DNA of 64,000 bases from Paragordius varius (Eukaryota > Animalia > Nematomorpha), in assembly GCA_964247055.1 (NCBI GenBank), contig OZ176057.1, positions 1,116,001-1,180,000 on the forward strand, read 5' to 3'. This document shows positions 51,361 to 64,000 of the stretch, piece after piece (the stretch's first letter is position 1; each line of letters begins with the position of its first letter). Under the pieces are notes generated by a model. It was not told the origin of the DNA and searched no databases. It saw only the letters and a program-made list of their open reading frames with translations. Position numbers and translations under genes: made by a program.

Positions 51361-51565
51361 AAAAATAAATATTATAACGACCACAAACAAGTTGTAAAAG
51401 CTAGGTAGTGGTTAAGGTACCGGATTAAAACTCTGTATGTGCGTAAAGTGGCAGAATTTAAACCCTGAAAGTGAACAATGGGCAAGTGTTAAAGTATTTA
51501 CAAGTCTTGATACAATTTAAGTTTTTAGCCTTTGATATAGGGAAAAAGTGATTACAGACTGTATA

Positions 51566-51602
<37 letters not shown>

Positions 51603-52026
51603 GTTGCTTTTTCACTAACTTTCGTTTATTCAAACTGAGAAAAAATAAAAATAGGTGACCAATATCCATCTTTTCTATCCTTGTTTCGCAGTGTTTCGAT
51701 AGGGTCCATGAAAACATGTAAGGTTTGAAAATCATTCATTTAGTATTGGGTAAAAATTTATTTTTTTGTTTTGACTTTATAATATATTTTTAGTGTATAA
51801 GTTAATATAGTTAAAACAAAAAGTGGTTAAATCTAAAAGAAATATTTTTTTCAAAAAGATCACCATAAACTAACTTTAGTTACAAGGTAATATATAATTT
51901 AGTTGAAAAGATGATTTCTCGGTTCAAATCTTGCAAATTATATTTAGTATATGATTTGAAAAATTTGTCTTTCAAAAAAATTATGTCATTTGATTTCTAT
52001 TTTTTGGCAACAAAATTTTAATTTTC

Positions 52027-52067
<41 letters not shown>

Positions 52068-52547
52068 AAAATATATATCTTACCATTTGCATCGCTGCGA
52101 ACGCATGCTACGAAAAAACTTATAAGTATGAAACTAAGTAATAGTTTCATGGTTGAAAAACTTTTTAAGAATTTGTTAAACAACCAAAAAATAAAAAATT
52201 AGGAATGTGAAAAAAAATAAAATAAAATTTAATATTTTATTAAAATATATCTGCCTTATATACAAGGTCTAAATTGCATTTATTTTTTAACTTAAATGGG
52301 TTAATAATTAAAAATTTGGATGCAAAAAATCATAAATTTTATGATATAAAAAAATAAATTTATGTAAAGCATTATTTTTTGTTTAAGGTATTATATTTTT
52401 TGGTGATGTAAAATGGGGTTTATTACCTAACACTATTCCAAAAAAAATATTTTTTTTACATAATATTCTATATTACGAATTATGATTCCTGCCAAACGAA
52501 TAAGATTTTTATAGTTTACAATCATATTTGTTTTTAACTATCAAGAT

Positions 52548-53114
52548 GAGGGATGTCTAACACGTGCCCTTCGCGACTTTTGCGGCCCTCGAAAAATTTG
52601 GAAATTTATAATTTTCCAAATATGCTTGCTCATGAAATCTTAGCAGAATTGATATTTCTAAAACATTTTTTTGAAATAAGTTGGCAAGACTAGATAAAAT
52701 TGTTGGTAGCATTCGCATTTTCCAATTTGTTTGAAATACAGTAAAAATTAAAATTTTACGAACAAAATGTAAAAATATACAAATATTTTTATCTAAAGGA
52801 TAACCATACCTTAAACCTTACTTATTCCTAATTAAGCTATTTAGTTACAATTGTAAGACATAGGATTGATTGTGCAATTATTTTATATATATCTCTATTT
52901 TACACTTTGCCATTTTGGACATTGAGGTGAAAAAAAAGTAAAAAGTATGGTTGTCTTTAGAAAAAATGTTTGTCTTTATCTTTACGTTTTGTCGGCATAA
53001 TTTCAGTTTTTACTGTAATATAATAATGCCTTCATATATATATATAACATATGGAGCCCGCCAGGTTTTTAAAATTAAATGCGGCCTGCTAAGCCATTTG
53101 TGTTGGACACCTTG
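52548..53114. mobile_element. Buster/Charlie-like hAT MITE with a perfect 8-bp TSD and a nested CAGTA MITE
   Basis: TSD atcaagat at 52540-52547 and 53115-53122. Ends are gagggatgtctaacacg and tgtgttggacaccttg. The nested element is at 52738-53018. Related ends occur near 17505, 40605-40880, 48502-48943, 53486-53750 and 55225. Confidence 0.85.
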
Positions 53115-54941
53115 ATCAAGATGATTGATTAATAAAATTTGGTAAAAATGTAAACAGCTTTTCAAGGCCATTTGCATTAGTTTTTAAAGTACAGGTTAAA
53201 TATAAGAGAAAAAAGAACTAACTAGGTAGTGTTAGGCAAATTCTTGTAACTCTGAATAGCCATTAGCAGATTGATGCAGACTAAATTCAAAAAAAATTGG
53301 GAGATTTTGAGAATTAAATAAGATGATAACAAACACCATAGTGTAAGATAAAGTTAACAAATGAGCTGTATTATGCAGTATAGCACCTATTTTTAAAAGA
53401 ACAATACTTTTTTGCACTTGGTTGCTGTTTAAATTCCTTTCGAAATTAATAATAATTATAAGTAATATATAATATATTCATGATATTTCAGGTGTCTAAA
53501 GAGAATGGCTTCGTGGGGCGGGTCGCAGTTGAAATATATATGCGGGCATTCCCAAATATTTTATTAGATTTCAAACAAAATGCAAACAGAAAACGATGTT
53601 GTAACTTAGAAACACTGATCCTGAAATTCTATTGAGAAGAATCAATTTTACAAAGATTTGGTGGTAAATTTTAAATTTTAACTTTCAATTTTTTCGCGCG
53701 CCTTGAAGGGCCGCATGCAGCATGGGGGCACGTGTTGGCCGCCTATGTACTAAATGACTAGAAATTTAGTTTATCTGATTTTTTGTCTTTGAAAATCATT
53801 ATGAGGTAAGAAAAATTTACTAAAAAATTGATTTAGCAATCAGCTGGTTTAAAATAATCTATATGTTTGCAATGGATATTTTTTGGACCAAAATAGCTAA
53901 AAAACTTTCGAACAATATATTATGAGAATCAATCAATAGATTTGGGTATGGAATAACCTAATTTACTAGGGAATAAAGCATCTAAAATGAAAAATTTCGA
54001 TTTCTTATATAAAATTAATCATATTTCCTATAGAGTTACTTGTTGTACAAAATTTTTTTTAATATATTAAACATATGATTTAGTTGATAATATCAAATTA
54101 GAGTTGTTTAATACTTCATGTCCTTTTGGGGTTAAAAATTACCGAATTTAAAATCCTTTACACTTCGATTCGAATTAGAATATCTATATTAAAAAACTAC
54201 TGAAAGTAACGATTTCATTTTAAATTTATGCTTCGTAATAAAAATTATAAAAATAAGCTAAATTATGATAGAAATTAATTTTGGAAAACTCTTTCGCCGC
54301 CTTTTTTATTATTATCGTTAATATAATTAGTATGTAAACTATGGTTGGAAATTGTAAATTAACTAGTAAGCTTTCAGGTTGCATTTTACCATCAAAAACT
54401 GGTTATTTATTGATTTCAAAAACCCCTGTTTATTTTAATCGTGTTTTGAAGCTGTTCAAATTTGGTACTTAGGAAGTGACTTAACTGTAAAAAATAAAGC
54501 TTTTTACTCTATTATTAATGATTGTTTTAATTTTTTTAGATAGGAACTTTAAATTTTGTTAACTAAAAAAACTATTATGTTTGAAATACAAAAAAATCGG
54601 TAATTTGAAAATTGGACCAAAATTTAATTAACAAAAAATGTAAAACGGCTTATAAATTTTTAAGGCTAAAAACCGTTAACCTACCAAATTTATAAATTCT
54701 ATCAATCTATTTCATAAAGTGCTTTTTTGTAAAATTTAAGATTGCTATTAAAAATTTTACACGTATAACTTAAATATTTTAAGGTAAATGAGGTCATCAA
54801 AACAAAAGTAGGCTGCCTTTAAACTGTCTTTCTTCCAATTTTTTTACGTTAAAGTGTGTTAAAAAATTTGAAAAAAAAATATAATTTTAATTTATTAATC
54901 CTAACATTCTTATTTATAAGTATATTATATTTTATTGAAGG

Positions 54942-57594
54942 ATGTACGTTTTGGTAAAATATGGAATTTTGTTTTATCAATTATTCTTGGCTCATATCAT
55001 CGTGTTAGGTAAAGTAATAGTATTTTTAATAAAAAAAAATTTCAATTTTATCAAGATTTGCTTAAAATTTTAGATTGGTTTTTTATATTGCAACAGTAAT
55101 TGTCAATAATTAGATCAACGATTACACCTTACTTTGATGAATTTTACGGATTATTTTATTTAAAATTTCAGAGTATCCATATAATATATTATAATTATAA
55201 AAATTGATTCTCTTACTTTTATTTCGGGAGTGTTCATCCAATATGCGGCCCTCCGAATATTATACTGGGCTCATATTTGGAAAGTTACCAAATTAATAGG
55301 ATATTTTTTAATGTTTACAAAATCTCAATTTAATTCATATTTCTTAAGAAATTTATAAGAATTTCATTCCTCAAGGCAAGAAGCTTTAAAAAATTATATA
55401 TAGTCATTTTGGCTACTTTTTTAACGCTTATTGATGCCCATTCTACTTGTTAAAAACACCCGCCTGTCCAGGAAATCATCTATGTTGAAACCCATTTATA
55501 TAAAATTAAATTATACGGACAATCGCAATAAAGACAAATATTTGTTTTCGATAAACCATACATTTTTGAAATTTAATTTTTCTTTAATTTTATTTAAACG
55601 ATTATACAATATATAATTGATTGTTTTACCAATATACATGTCTGTTTCATATTTTGCCATTTAAAATACTGATTTAAATTAAAAATCTAGATGGACAAGT
55701 ATGGTTGTCTTTTGAAAAAAACATATTTTTCATTATAATGTTACGTTTTGTCCGTATAATTTAATTTTTACTGTATTTATAAATTATGGAATTTTCCCAG
55801 AGGGGCAGTAGCTGCTGGAGGGCTTGTTGGATATCCTCGCTTAAAATAATTAACATGTTGAGGGTTTCATTACTTTTAGTAGACAACTTTAATTTTTTAT
55901 ATATTTATTTAACAGTTCATTATTACCTTTTCTCTTTTAATCCTAGTTTACATATTGGGGTAGTAATATATATCAGAACTTAATTATGTAAATAAACTAG
56001 AGTTTACAGTTAAAATTTAATTATCAAAACTTGATATCATGTTTTAGATAAAAAAAAATTATATTTTTGTGACTAAAGTCTAAAATTGGGACAGCTTCGA
56101 AACACGATTGAAACGAACAGCTGATAATCAAGTTTTTGCTGGTAAAATGTCAGCCTGAAAGCTTTTTAAAGTTAATACGTTTTAAAAACCATAATATACA
56201 TTTATTTGACTGTCTCATTAGCGGTTTAAAAAAATGTATGGAAAAAAAATGGCTGCAAACAAGTTTAATTTTTTGCGATTTTACATTTTAAAAAAAATGT
56301 AAAATGCGAAAGGATAAAGAAAGCATAATTTAAAATTCAGTTTAATACCTTAAATACTTTTTCAGATATTCCGATTTCAAATAGCTCCGGGATATAAAAC
56401 TACCCCAAAAGGTAATGGATGGTTTAAATTGATACTGATTTTAGGGTGGTAATAAATATATTTAACTTATATACACGATATGTAGGATAGATCATAATCA
56501 GAAATTGCTTGTTTTACCTTTATTTTTCTTTTATGAAAAAAGCCCACAGCAATCCAGCAATTAATAGTGTCCAAAGTTCCGCATATTCAGTCCATTGTTT
56601 GTATTTTTGGTGTCAACCTCAATGTCAAGATCAAAATAGAAATGGTTTATAACACAAATTTTACTTATACTTTATAAAAATTAGTAATAAAAATTTAGGT
56701 GTAAAACTTGATAATGCAAATAATTTTTTTCATTAATTAGCAGTTAATTTAATTATGGTTATATTTTTAATTAAAAAATAAAACAATATCAAATAAAAAA
56801 ATTAAAAATCAGCAAAAACAACTATTTGTTAATTTTATAATTTAGATGCAGTTTTTGATTCCATCCGCATACATCCATGCTTTCAACCTAATATAAAATT
56901 AATAATTTAGTAGCTTGCCAATTTGTAGAATTTTTGCGTTTTTCAATTTTTTTATGTTTAGTTAAAAAAACGACAGAATATAATTTAAAGGATCGTATCA
57001 AATTTTATGACAGTAAATACAAATTAAACGAACAAAACGTAAAAATATAAAGAGAATTCTTTTCATAAGACAACCATACTTTTTTAAAACCTTAATTTTG
57101 ATATATAAATTTAATAACAATCGTTAACTCAAATGATTGTGTTACCAATTTACATTTCTATTATTTGGCAGTTTTAAACAATGATTTATATTTGAAAAAA
57201 AGCATGATTTAAAAAATATGGTTGTTTTTTAGAAAAAAAAATTTGTCTTTATATTTTTACCTTTTGTTCGTATAATTTCAATTTTTACTGTATTATATAC
57301 TTGTTAGTTTCGTTCTATATAACAGTGTATGGCCAAATTTTGAAAAATTGCAAAAAAACAATTTTTATCTTTCCTTTTTTCTTACAATATAAATCTCACT
57401 CTATATATATATATATATAGTGTGAGTAAGATTGATAGAAAGTTAAAAAGTATTGCCAAATAGCATATCCAGCAAAGAGAATTTATATTGGCTTATAATG
57501 GTAAAAAGTGAAAAAAAAATTATAAGCCAATAATACTTCATTTGTTGTATATGCTACTTATAGTTAATAACTTTCTAGCAATATATACTTATTC

Positions 57595-57631
<37 letters not shown>

Positions 57632-57714
57632 TCATAAATCTTAGATAAATGTCAAACTCAAACTAAACCGAAATATAAAAAAAATGAGTCTGGGAAATTT
57701 GACAATATAGCTGG

Positions 57715-57756
<42 letters not shown>

Positions 57757-60700
57757 TGAATTAGTTTTTTGATACTTTTGGTCATCTTATATACTTAATT
57801 TATTCAATAAAAAGCTAAAATATGGCAAAACGTAAAAACCAAAAGAAAAATCTAATGTTTAAAAAAATACCATACAATTTAACCCATGATATATCCTATC
57901 TATAATTTATCATTCTGATAAAAATGAATGAAGTACATTAACTTATTCATTTACACATTTCACAATTAGGTTTAATGTAGAAACTATCAAGGTTTAAAGA
58001 GCCAGGCTTTGTCTTGTTTTATAAAAATATTTGTTTAATTTTTACGTTTATATGTATCCATTTCAATTTTTACTGTTGATTATTTTTACATTTAACACTC
58101 TCGTAAATACGTAAATACAATAGTATAAATAAGTGTATACCTTGCTTGTTTCTCAATTAATTATTGCCAGAATAAAGCAAATGACAATATTAGTAATCAA
58201 TTACTTCTATTACCCAATAATAATTCTGTTTTCCAATATATATGTTATCTAGCCAATATTTAATAAAAAAATAGCAATGAATATATTTAATCATACTGTA
58301 ATTTATCTTAAATAGTTTCAGAAATGGTGGGTTTGTTAACTACCATTTTGAAAAAAGAAATTTGGACGAAGAAGGCAACATGTCAAACCGATGGATATAT
58401 TCACCATGAAAAGCAATGTTACATGGGTTCTTTAAGCATTGCATGTGTAAAGCCAGAATCAAAAAGCGAGCCATGTCCATTTTGTTCAAGTTTATTTTTC
58501 TCTTTTTTATTTATTTTTAAAATTTGATAATTTAAATAAATATTAACTAAATAGAAAAGGGTTATCTTTAAAAAAAATTTGTTTTTATATTTTTAGGTTT
58601 TGGTCGGTATAATTTAAATTTTTACCCTAATTTACAGACATAAATATGGCGTGGAGTTTATGCAGTGCATCTTGTGGCTTAGGGATAAAGGAACGGAAAC
58701 TTTTTTGCATCAAAAAAGCCAATTGTAAATGTGAACAATCGAACGAAATGTCCTTATGTTATGATACAACAGCATGTCGCCTAAATGGAGGTAATAATAT
58801 ATTACAGACAGAAAAAATTGAAATTATACCGAGGGACAAAGCGTAAAAATGTAAAGACAAATTTTTTTTAAACAAAAGACAATGATAATTTTTAAATGTT
58901 GATTTTTCAAATAAAACTTACTGTTTAAAATAGTGAAGTGTGTTTTAGAGATGTGTATTACTAACGCAATCAATTTTATATATATTACAATAATAATAAT
59001 AAAATAGCTTATATAGGAAACATGGTTTTAAAAAGTATGGTTGTCTTTTGAAGAAAAAATTGACTTTATTTTTTTACATTTAATCTGGATAATATAATGT
59101 TTTACTTTATAATTTTCAACAACATTTTAGATATTCCTTCATCCAAAACATATGTACACAATTCTAGCACCTCTAGTAAAACCGATTATGTAAAAAACAC
59201 TGTAACTTTGGGCCAGAAAAATATATTACCCAGCGATACAAATCAAAACCCCGTGAATTTATTAGTATCTCTAATTAATAAAATATCTCCTTCAGCGTTT
59301 CCCAATTCTAATTCAGCGACTCAAACTCAGGCATTTTCCTACAACAATTTTAATAACAAATACAATCAAAATTTACATGAATTGCTTCAAAATATGCCCA
59401 ATAATTTAGACCGATATATACAGAGTTTTGGTAGCTCCCTACCATATAATTCGAATTACGATTTCAAGAATGATATATCAGGCATCAATGCATGGTTTAC
59501 GACGAATGATAATTATAATTATTTTAATAATGATGTTCTTTCAAGCACCACCTCAAATAATCCCAAAATGGAATTGGCTAAAAGTTTGTTGGTACAATTA
59601 CTTTTAAAGATGTACGATAAAACAAAACAACCCTCTAATGGGTATTCAAATAATTATTTGCACAAAAAGGAGAACCGACCAATCTATAAAGGAAAATGGG
59701 GTGATTGGAGTCAATGGACACAATGTTATTCCTACGTTTCAGGTTGATTGTTTAATGAGATAGTATAATAATGATATAATTTATTGAAATTATAGTAAAA
59801 ATTAAAATTATACGGCCAAAATGAAAAATGTAAAGGTTAAGACAACCCCATACTTTCCGTTTTTAATATAAAAATTAATTATTTACAAATGTAAAATACA
59901 TAATTGTGTTACCAATTTATAACTCTATTTCATATTTTGCAATTGATTACAATCGATCTTAAAACAAATCAGAAGATTTAAAAATAAGTTTGTCTTTTAG
60001 AAAAAAAATATTTGTCTTTATAATTTTTTGTTTTGTTAATTTCTAACTGTATATTATTATAAATAGTCAGAAATTAAAATAGCTTTATTAAGGCGACATA
60101 CAGTAAAAATTGAATTATACGGACAAAAGGTAAAAATATAAAGACAATTTTTTTTTCTAAAAGACAACTATACTTTTTTAATCTTAATTTTTTAATTATT
60201 GCTCTATTTTAGGAAATTCGAAAGCATGAAATAGAGATGTCTATTGGTAACACAATCAATTTTATTTTTTCCAAGCGTAATTAAATATTTTATATAGAAA
60301 AATTAAGGTTTAAAAAGTGTGGTTTTCTTTTGTAAAAAAAATTGGTCTTTATATTTTTACATTTAGTCCGTATAAGTTCAATTTTTACTGTATGTTTGAC
60401 AAAAACAATAAAATGCTAACACATTCATTTATTTTTTTAAAAGATGGCGAATGCAGCGTCCAATATTTTATTTATCCAATTCAATTTCTAATGAAATATC
60501 TTTCTTAGGATAGAAAATTTCTAAACTAATAATTATTATTAAATTAAATTACTTTACTAAAACATTTAAATTTACAAAATTTTAATATTAAAAAATAGAA
60601 AATGAAATCACAACGAAAACATAAAATTATATTATAATTATCAATAAAATAAAAAGGCAAACATATTTCTTATTATAGAGATGGCCATATTTTTAATCCT

Positions 60701-61668
60701 TTTCTATTTATCAATGAATTAAAAATGAAATATACATGCAAGTTGTTAACTTAAACTAGGTTGCAACACATTTATTTCAGTTCTTCGATTCCAATTGTGG
60801 TAGTTGGATATCTCAAGCCTGTAGATAATTAAATACGTCCAAAAATATGGAAGGAATTAAAACCATCGCAAATGCATTTATATAACATTAATGAACAGAA
60901 GTATAAAAATTCTAGAATTGATATTATCCATATTTTAAGGTAAAACCCAAAGGTAGAAGTTTAATTAACTTGACATGTCTGCATTAGCTAAATTTAAAAT
61001 AATACAAAATAAACCACTTTTTCAGTTTTTTATATCAATGTTATATGTGTAAATAAAAAATTAGCTTCAAATTTAGCTTTAAAATTAAACAAACACGATA
61101 TGTTGCGACCATGTTTTTAAATAAACATGGCCGAAGTAAGATATAGAACTTTTGTAGTAAACTTAAATCTTATTCTTATTTATGTATTTATAAGATAGAA
61201 GCATAAATTTAAATTGGGACAGTTTATATCAGTAGTTTTTTTTAAAAAATCAAGATAAATATAGTCTAGGGTATTTAGATACCCCAATTTGAATCGAAGT
61301 GTTAATTACATTTTTTGCAATTTTAATACCATAAGTTTCACAGAAAAAATCAACGATTAATTTATTAAAAATATGGCTGTATTTTGTGTCTATTCTAAGC
61401 TTTGATTTTATAATTTTTATTTTAATAATGAGATTATACAGAAAAAACTTAAACGAATTATTATAAATATCAGTCTTTTAATATTAATGTTTTGTCTTAT
61501 AATAATAATTTTACTGTAATAGGTTGTCAAGAAGTGCGACAAAGATGTTGCTCCTTGGATGGGATTAATTGTGCCAATAGCCACGGAATTCAACAAAATT
61601 GTGAGCCTTTTCCAGCTAGAGAAACTCGAAAATGCAAATCGAACCAAAACATTTTATTGATTAAGTAA
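54942..61668 (+). CDS. Secreted thrombospondin type-1 (TSP1) repeat protein with an Asn/Ser-rich linker, ~415 aa
   Basis: Exons: 54942-55008 (signal-peptide-like MYVLVKYGILFYQLFLAHIIVL), optional 55404-55448, 56543-56644, 58322-58489, 58638-58790 (WSLCSASCGLGIKERKLFC), 59131-59742 (ends GKWGDWSQWTQC), 61523-61668. All internal introns are phase 1 GT-AG. The 3' end is ambiguous: either TAA at 61666-61668, or the perfect donor gtaagt at 61665 splices to 62504-62516 (KRCD*). Confidence 0.8.
60109..60391. mobile_element. ~280-bp Tc1/pogo-like MITE family D (TA|CAGTAAAAATTGAAATTATACGGACAAAACG TIR); representative copy
   Basis: Long TIRs with TA flanks. Approximate copies: <1-255, 5440-5790, 7927-8227, 13118-13600, 13786-14115, 30790-31050, 32166-32545, 45205-45720, 47379-47580, 52738-53018, 55490-55774, 57010-57292, 58805-59108, 59790-60052. 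Confidence 0.88.
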
Positions 61669-61783
61669 GTTTCAATGGATGTTATTTAAGTTTTTAAAGG
61701 TTTACGTAATTAACTTTTGGAAATTTTAATAATATTACTTTTTTAATTAAAATAATTTTTTGAATATAAGTAGGCATTTTTAA

Positions 61784-62309
61784 CACTTCATTACCTTTTG
61801 GGGTAGTTTTATCCCAGAGCGATTAAAATTTGAATATCAAAAGAATAAAAGTTATTAGGCTGGATTCATAAATATGCTTTCTTTAGCCTTTTAGGTGCAT
61901 ATCAAAATGTGTTTAAAAAATGTAAAACTTCATCTCAAACCTTTTTACCGTTTATTTTCTTTCATAATTTTTAAATAGCTAATGCAACAGGCAAATAAAT
62001 GTATATTATGGTAAGAACATGTATATATACTAATTTTAAATAGCTTTCAGGGTACATTTTACCAGCAAAATCTTGATTCAGTTTTCGTTACAATCGTTTT
62101 TGGAGGTGTCCCAATTTTAGACTCTATAAGTGACAAAACTCTAAAAAATACAAGCTTTTTTATGTAATACTTGAGCTAAATGTTTGATTATTAATTTTTG
62201 ACCAAAATAACTTTTAAAATAAAACTAAGGTCATATACAAAATTGAGCTTTGGGATATAAAACTACCCCAAAATGTAAACTAGGACAAAAAAGTGAAATG
62301 GTAATAATG
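61784..62309. mobile_element. ~525-bp MITE family B (ttaa|cacttcattacc... ends, piggyBac-like)
   Basis: Terminal/subterminal inverted repeats cattacc / ggggtagttt. A second copy in the opposite orientation ends at 30157 (starts ~29640). Partial copy ~56000-56430. Confidence 0.7.
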
Positions 62310-64000
62310 TTAACTATCAATTTTTAAGAAATATGGATATATATTTTTTTCAATTCCGATTTTAAAATAATAGATAGATGAGGAAATTTCAAATATACCA
62401 AATTATATACTTATATATCACAACATCAATGAGTGAGGATTTATATAATTCATAATTTGATATAAAATTAATTTATATATTCTATTTATATCGATATATA
62501 TAGACGTTGTGATTGAAACAGTAAGATAACATATTGAAGGCGGCTATGAAAAACTTCGATTTTCTTCTCAAAAATTAATATTTTTACATTTATTGAATTT
62601 ATAATTAGTCAAAAATTTAATAAATATTTTTGCTTTTCTTTACTTCATTCTTTTTTTTGATCAAAATTTTTTAAAAATTTTGAGATGATAAAATTTTTTA
62701 GCAGAATCAACGATTACTCTATATTAAAATGGTTGGATTCTTATCACCATGCTTCAAATACCTTTTTAATTTATATAACACCTTTTATTGTAATCATTTT
62801 ATATTTTAGAGTATATTCATACTTTAGAGCTTAAGGCTATAAATAAATTGATATGATATTTGATTCGATTATAATCTAATTTGTTCTCTGGATCTAAAAA
62901 ACTCTGTTAGTCTAAATTTGGATATTTACAAATCAGGTTAAATAAAGGCAGCTTATTAAAAAATTAAGAAAGGTATATCAGAACTTTTTAATTTAAATTT
63001 TTGATACAGGATTGCAAAATTTATAAAATAAATAGACAACATTTTTATCTGTTAGACTTAAAATATATCACTAATTCTCGAAACTTAAACATTCACTCGC
63101 CTAAAATTGATTAATAAATTAAATTTAACCATTTTACAATTTTATTTAGCTTTAAGTTATAAAGTTTGGAGGCCCGCGTTGTTGATTTTTTAACAATTTT
63201 ATATATTTCAAGAAAATTTATTGTACAAAATCAGTGCAACAAAAATCTTGATGAATGTTTTAATAGGATAATGTATCAGATTATAATGGTATTTTTGGGG
63301 CATTTAAAAAAATATTTACACATTTGTGATAATTACCCGATGTCAAAAATACTCACATATATTTTTTTTGTGAAAGCTAAACACTCCTTCCAAAAAATAT
63401 AAGCAAATTTATCACAATTATAATAGAGAACCAACATTTTTTAAAATTTTTGATTTGGGGTCATTCGTAAGTCTCAAATGTCCCCACCCACGCTTCCTTT
63501 TAGGGGGCTAGTTTTCAAAATAAACTCATAAAGGCTGAGGTTGCAAACAATTTCTAATATGTGCGTCCATTTTAGAAAAAACAAATTTTTATTGAGTTTT
63601 TGTTGGAATATTCTTCATGCTTTTTCGAAGCATGGTGAAATGTTATGATTAGGTTTTAAGATATTTTAAATTTAATCTTTTTACATAATTAGAGGATGCT
63701 GAACATTTCTATCACTATTGTTTGCTTTAAAAAACGAGTGAATTTTTGTAGTCAAAAAATTTATATTAACATATTGGAGCAAATTTTTAAATAAAACTAC
63801 TGAGGTGAAGAAATGTACAGCATCATTCATTATATAGAATAAGTGTTTTCATAACATCTTTATGTTTTCTGACCGTTTCTATGTTAAAATAGGAAGTATT
63901 CTCCAACAAAATAAGCTGGAAAATATATAAATTTTCAAAAATAATTTTTCTTGATGTAATCTACCATATATCTTAAATTTGTAGCAAAATATGGGAATTT

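Noticed and set aside
60441-60510. Possible extra TSP1-gene exon (aaag|AT GGC GAA TGC AGC.., DGECS)
   Set aside because: No phase-compatible donor before the in-frame TAG.

Overview
Very AT-rich (roughly 20% GC by eye, not computed) eukaryotic genomic DNA. It uses the standard code and GT-AG introns, and the gene content points to an invertebrate animal. I reconstructed four protein-coding genes by hand. (1) A CLEC16A/ema/gop-1 homologue on the minus strand: ATG at 18646, 15 phase-consistent exons down to 1129, 3' end not seen. (2) A complete 11-exon SEPT6-group (Sep2-like) septin on the plus strand, 26573-46191, 470 aa. (3) An orphan Thr/Lys/Arg/Cys-repeat, Asn/Gln-rich protein on the minus strand, 49873-51299+, resembling a glue or mucin. 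(4) A secreted thrombospondin type-1 (TSP1) repeat protein on the plus strand, 54942 to ~61668. Nearly all remaining sequence is short DNA-transposon derivatives, splice-site-anchored tandem arrays and (TA)n. The transposon derivatives are foldback elements ending in TACCATTT, CAGTA Tc1/pogo-like MITEs, TTAA/CAC piggyBac-like MITEs, hAT elements and two hAT transposase relics. The most striking feature is the intron architecture. Obligatory 22-29 nt introns at a gene 5' end coexist with 0.3-5 kb introns built from self-complementary MITEs, and one 340-nt intron reduces to ~34 nt when its MITE is removed. Several introns also carry tandem arrays that re-copy the neighbouring exon end and splice site. 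I found no rRNA, tRNA or CRISPR array. Most ORFs in the supplied track are repeat artefacts.
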